A DNA stretch of 64,000 bases from the NCBI GenBank assembly GCA_951406725.2, contig OX597838.1:22506001-22570000 (forward strand), read 5' to 3'. Shown piece by piece: positions 60,170 to 64,000 of this stretch. A model generated the notes under the pieces. It did not search any database. It saw nothing but the letters and a program-made list of their open reading frames with translations, and was not told where the DNA came from. The first letter of the stretch is position 1, and every line of letters begins with the position of its first letter. The translations under genes were made by a program, and so were the position numbers. This DNA is from Octopus vulgaris. Taxonomy: Eukaryota.

Positions 60170-60910
60170 TTGGTCTGAAGCAGTGTGTCTGTGAGCGTTA
60201 GTGAGTGTGTGTACGTGTGTGTGTGTGTGGGGGGGTGTTTGTGTTTGTGTGTGTGTGTGTGTCCGTCTGTCTGTCTTTGCGCGTACGTGCGTGGGTTATT
60301 GTGCATGGGGGGGCGCTAGCAAGTGTTTGTTTGTGTGCGTGTGTGTGTGTGTGTTTGTCTGTCTGTCTGTCTTTGCGTGTGTGTGCGTGGGTTAATGTGT
60401 ATGGGGGCGCTATACCTCGTGCGTATGTGTGTGCGTGCGTGTGTGTGTGAGTGTGTGCGTGTGCGTGTGCGTGTATGTGTGTGTGTGTCTGTATGAGTGT
60501 GTGCGTGTGTGTGTCCCCGTCTGTCTGTCTTTGCTTGTGTGTGTGTGCTTGAGTTAATGTGTATGGGGGTGCTAGCAGGCGTTTGTGTATGTGCATGTGT
60601 GTATGTGTGTGTATGTGTGTGTGTGTGTGTTAGAGTGTCTTTGTGAGCGTTAGTATGAATGTGTGTGTTTACGTGTGTGTAAGTCTGTTTGCCTGTTGTC
60701 TTTGCGTGTGTGTGTGTGCACGGACTAATGTGCATAGGGAGCGCAGCGAGCGTTTGTGTGTGTGTGTGTGTAATGTAATCGATATGTGTGTGTGTTAAAG
60801 TGTATTTGTGAGCCTTAGCATAGGGAGCGCAGCGAGCGTTTGTGTGTGTGTGTGTCTTTGTGAGTGTGTGCGTGGGTTAATGTGTATGGGGCGCTATACA
60901 GCGTGTGTGT
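60170..60910. repeat. Degenerate TG-rich minisatellite with a fixed motif
   Basis: GGTTAATGTGTATGGGGGCGCTA-like motif at ~60293, 60389, 60551, 60722 and 60874. Confidence 0.75.
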
Positions 60911-61149
60911 GTGTATGTGTGTGAGGGAGAGAGAGTGTGCGTGTGTGTGTGTTGACGTGTGTATTAATACATGTGTATGGTTTAGGCATGTGGATTAGCC
61001 CGCGCTTGTGTCAGCGTGTGGGTGTGTGTTTGTGTACATTAGTGTATGTATTATCATGTCTGTATATGTGTGCATGTGTGTATGTGTGTGCTTGCGCGTG
61101 TGTATGCGTGTGTGCGCGTGTCTGTGTTGTGTGTGTTTTTGCATGTGTT

Positions 61150-61192
<43 letters not shown>

Positions 61193-62324
61193 CCGCGCAC
61201 ACACGTTTGTATGTATTACTCGCTAGTAGCGAATTAGCGGAGTTGCGATATTTCCTGACATTCCACGGCCAAAGTCAGCTCTGCCTTTCATCTTTGCAGG
61301 ATCGATAAAAGAAAACCTGATAAGTATATCTCAAGAGAGCTTGATCAGCAGAAGGTCTTCAGAGAATAGAAACCCTACCCTGGTAGGTGCTTCGGCCCTT
61401 AATTTCTAACAATCTGATGGGCCTGGGCCGGGGGGGGGGGGCCGAGCTGCATACAGCTCATGACTCCTGGCTAACTATTTAACCGCTTTGTTAACCATTT
61501 AAACATTTCAGAATCGATGAAAAAAAAACGCATTTCAGAATCGATAAAAAAAAAAAAGAAAAAGGCATTTCAGAATCGATAAAAAAAAAAAGAATTTCAA
61601 AATCAATAAAAAAATAACATTTCAGAATAAAAAAAAAATGGAATTGATATAAGAAAGAAAAAAAAAGCAATAATCCAGAATAATCCACGATTATGGGATA
61701 CCGTGTAATACTTGTTCTAGTACTGAACCTGACTCTATGTGAATTCGCAACCAGCTGCTTACCACAGCCACGCCTGTACACGTTCGTATTCGATACCAGG
61801 GTGTATACATATGGATGTATGTGTGTGTGTGTGTATTATTTTTATTATTTTATTGGTGACAAATAAGTTATGCATGTATGTATTTCTATATGTATATACA
61901 GGCGTAGGAGTGGCTGTGTGGTAAGTAGCTTGCTTACCAACAACTTGGTTCCGGGTTCATTCCCACTGCGTGGTACCTTGGGCAAGTGTCTTCTGCTATA
62001 GCCTCGGGCCTACCAAAGCCTTGTGAGTGGATTTGGTAGACGGAAACCGAAAGAAGCCTGTCGTATATATGTATGTATGTGAGTGTATATGTTTGTGTTG
62101 CTGTGTTTGTCCCCCATCCAACATCGCTTGACAACCGATGCTGGTGTGTTTACGTCATCGTAACTTAGCGGTTCGGCAAAAAGGACCGATAGAATAAGTA
62201 CTAGGCTTACAAAGAATAAGTCCTGGGGTCGATGTGCTCGACTAAAGGCGGTGCTCCAACATGGCCACAGTCAAATGACTGAAACCAGTAAAAGAGCAAA
62301 AGATATATACAAATACATACATAA

Positions 62325-62357
<33 letters not shown>

Positions 62358-63636
62358 CATATAAATGTGTGTGTATGCGTATGTATGTGTATGTGCGTGT
62401 ATGTGTGTGTGTGTGTGCATGTGCTTGTGTGCACATGTGTGTGTATCTGTGTGTGGGTAAGAGCAATAACGGGGATGGATACACACCAAAGGAGTAATGG
62501 AGAAGAGGAGAGCAACAGGAGGGGAAGGGGGGAGAGCGGTGATTTGGTGTAGATTAATTGCCAAGATAAGCGTGGAGTGCACGGAAGGGAGGGAGTAGAG
62601 GGAAGAGAAGGAGGAGGGGGGTAGATTCGGTGACGGGGGTAGGGAGGAAGGAGAAGGGGGTAATTGCTGGGAGAAACGAAAGCGCGGACGGGCAGGGGAA
62701 GGGGGGAAAGGTTAAAATTTAGGCAACTCAAGAATAGGGTATAGAGCGGTGGTGGTGGTGGCGGTGGTGGTGGCGGTGGTGGCGGCGGCGGTGGTAGTTG
62801 TGGTGGTGGTTATGGTGGAAATGGTAATGGTTGTGTTTGTGCAGATAGTGGTGGTGGTGGTGGTGGTAGTGGTGGTGGTAGTGATGGTGGTGGTGGTGGT
62901 GGTAGTAGAGATTCGGTCGTGGTTGTGGTGGTGGTAATGAAGAATCGGTCGTGGTGGTGATGGTAGTGGTGGTGGTAGTGGTGGTGGTGGTGGTGGTGGT
63001 GGTAGTGGTGGTGGTAGTAGTGATTCGGTCGTGGTAGAGGTGGTGGTAGAAGAGGTTTGTTAGTGGTGGTAGTGGTGGTCGTGGTGGCGATGGTACTGGA
63101 GGTTTGGTCGTCGTCACAGTCGTGACCGTGGTCGTGGTGCGGTGGCGGTGGCGGTGTTGATACTCGTTTGGTAGTAGTGTTGTTGATGTTGTCGGTGGTG
63201 GTGGTGGTGGTGGTGGTGGTGGTAGTTTTGGTTTTGGTGGCGGTGATGGTGGTGGTAGTAGTGGTAATGTTGGAATACAAGAGTAGTGATAAAGTTTGTA
63301 GTTGTAATGATGGTGGTTTTGGTGGTGGTGGTGGTGGTGGTGGTGGTGGTGGCGGTGGCGGTGATGGTGGTGGTGGTAGTAGTGGCTGGTTGTTGTTGTT
63401 AGAGATAACGACAAAGGCGGTGGCGCCGCCTATGGGCAGTAGAGACGAAGGCGGTGGCGGCGGATGGCAGTGACGACAATGGCGTCGGCTGTTAGAGTTT
63501 GTGACGTACGTTCAAGTCGCTAAATAGAACCATATGATATATATATTGCTAAAACGACAGCCGTACATGCGCACGCATGTCCATGCACAGAGACACAGAC
63601 ATATAGATCCAGGTTTTGCAATACACACATATCTAT

Positions 63637-63674
<38 letters not shown>

Positions 63675-64000
63675 ATCTGTGTGAGTGTGCGAGCGTGTGT
63701 CTGTGTGTGTGTTGGTGTATGTATGTTTGTATGCGTGTGTGTATCTGTATTTGATTGCGTGTGCTTATGTGTGTGTGTCTGTGTATGTAGGTGTGTGTGT
63801 TTGTGTGCATCTGTCTGTATGTATGTATGTTTGTGTGTGTGAGCCTGTGTACGTATGTATGTGTATGTGCGTGCTTGTGCGTGCGTGTGTGTGTGTTTGT
63901 GTGTGCACGTGTGTGTTTGTATGTATGTATCTGTGTCAGTGTGTGTGTGTGTCTATATGTTTGTGTCTGTCTCTGTGTATGCCTAAGTAGTGTGTGTATG

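Overview
Eukaryotic, AT-rich, gene-poor DNA. The repeat content (tRNA-derived SINEs, extreme (TA)n/(TG)n/(TATG)n/(ATT)n density) points to an octopus/cephalopod genome; this is an inference from recalled repeat families, not a search result. No intact host coding exon is supportable, and nearly all ORFs in the track are microsatellite translations. Recognisable content: at least four SINE families (dozens of copies, one expanded to a 10x185-bp array), a decayed mariner transposon and MITEs, 3' fossils of a CR1-group LINE and an R4/Dong-type element in (TAA)n, a hierarchical minisatellite and a ~951-bp local duplication. The main hidden signal is at least seven sequence-unrelated families of short non-coding islands, mostly within microsatellites, that fold by eye into minimal type-I hammerhead ribozymes (HHR). 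Several use a compensatory U3-A8 core and palindromic helix III, and several sit in inverted duplications breaking near the ribozyme. This suggests non-autonomous Penelope-like retroelements. Two promoter-like motif clusters occur at ~543-601 and ~49124-49145. All folds and alignments were done by eye.
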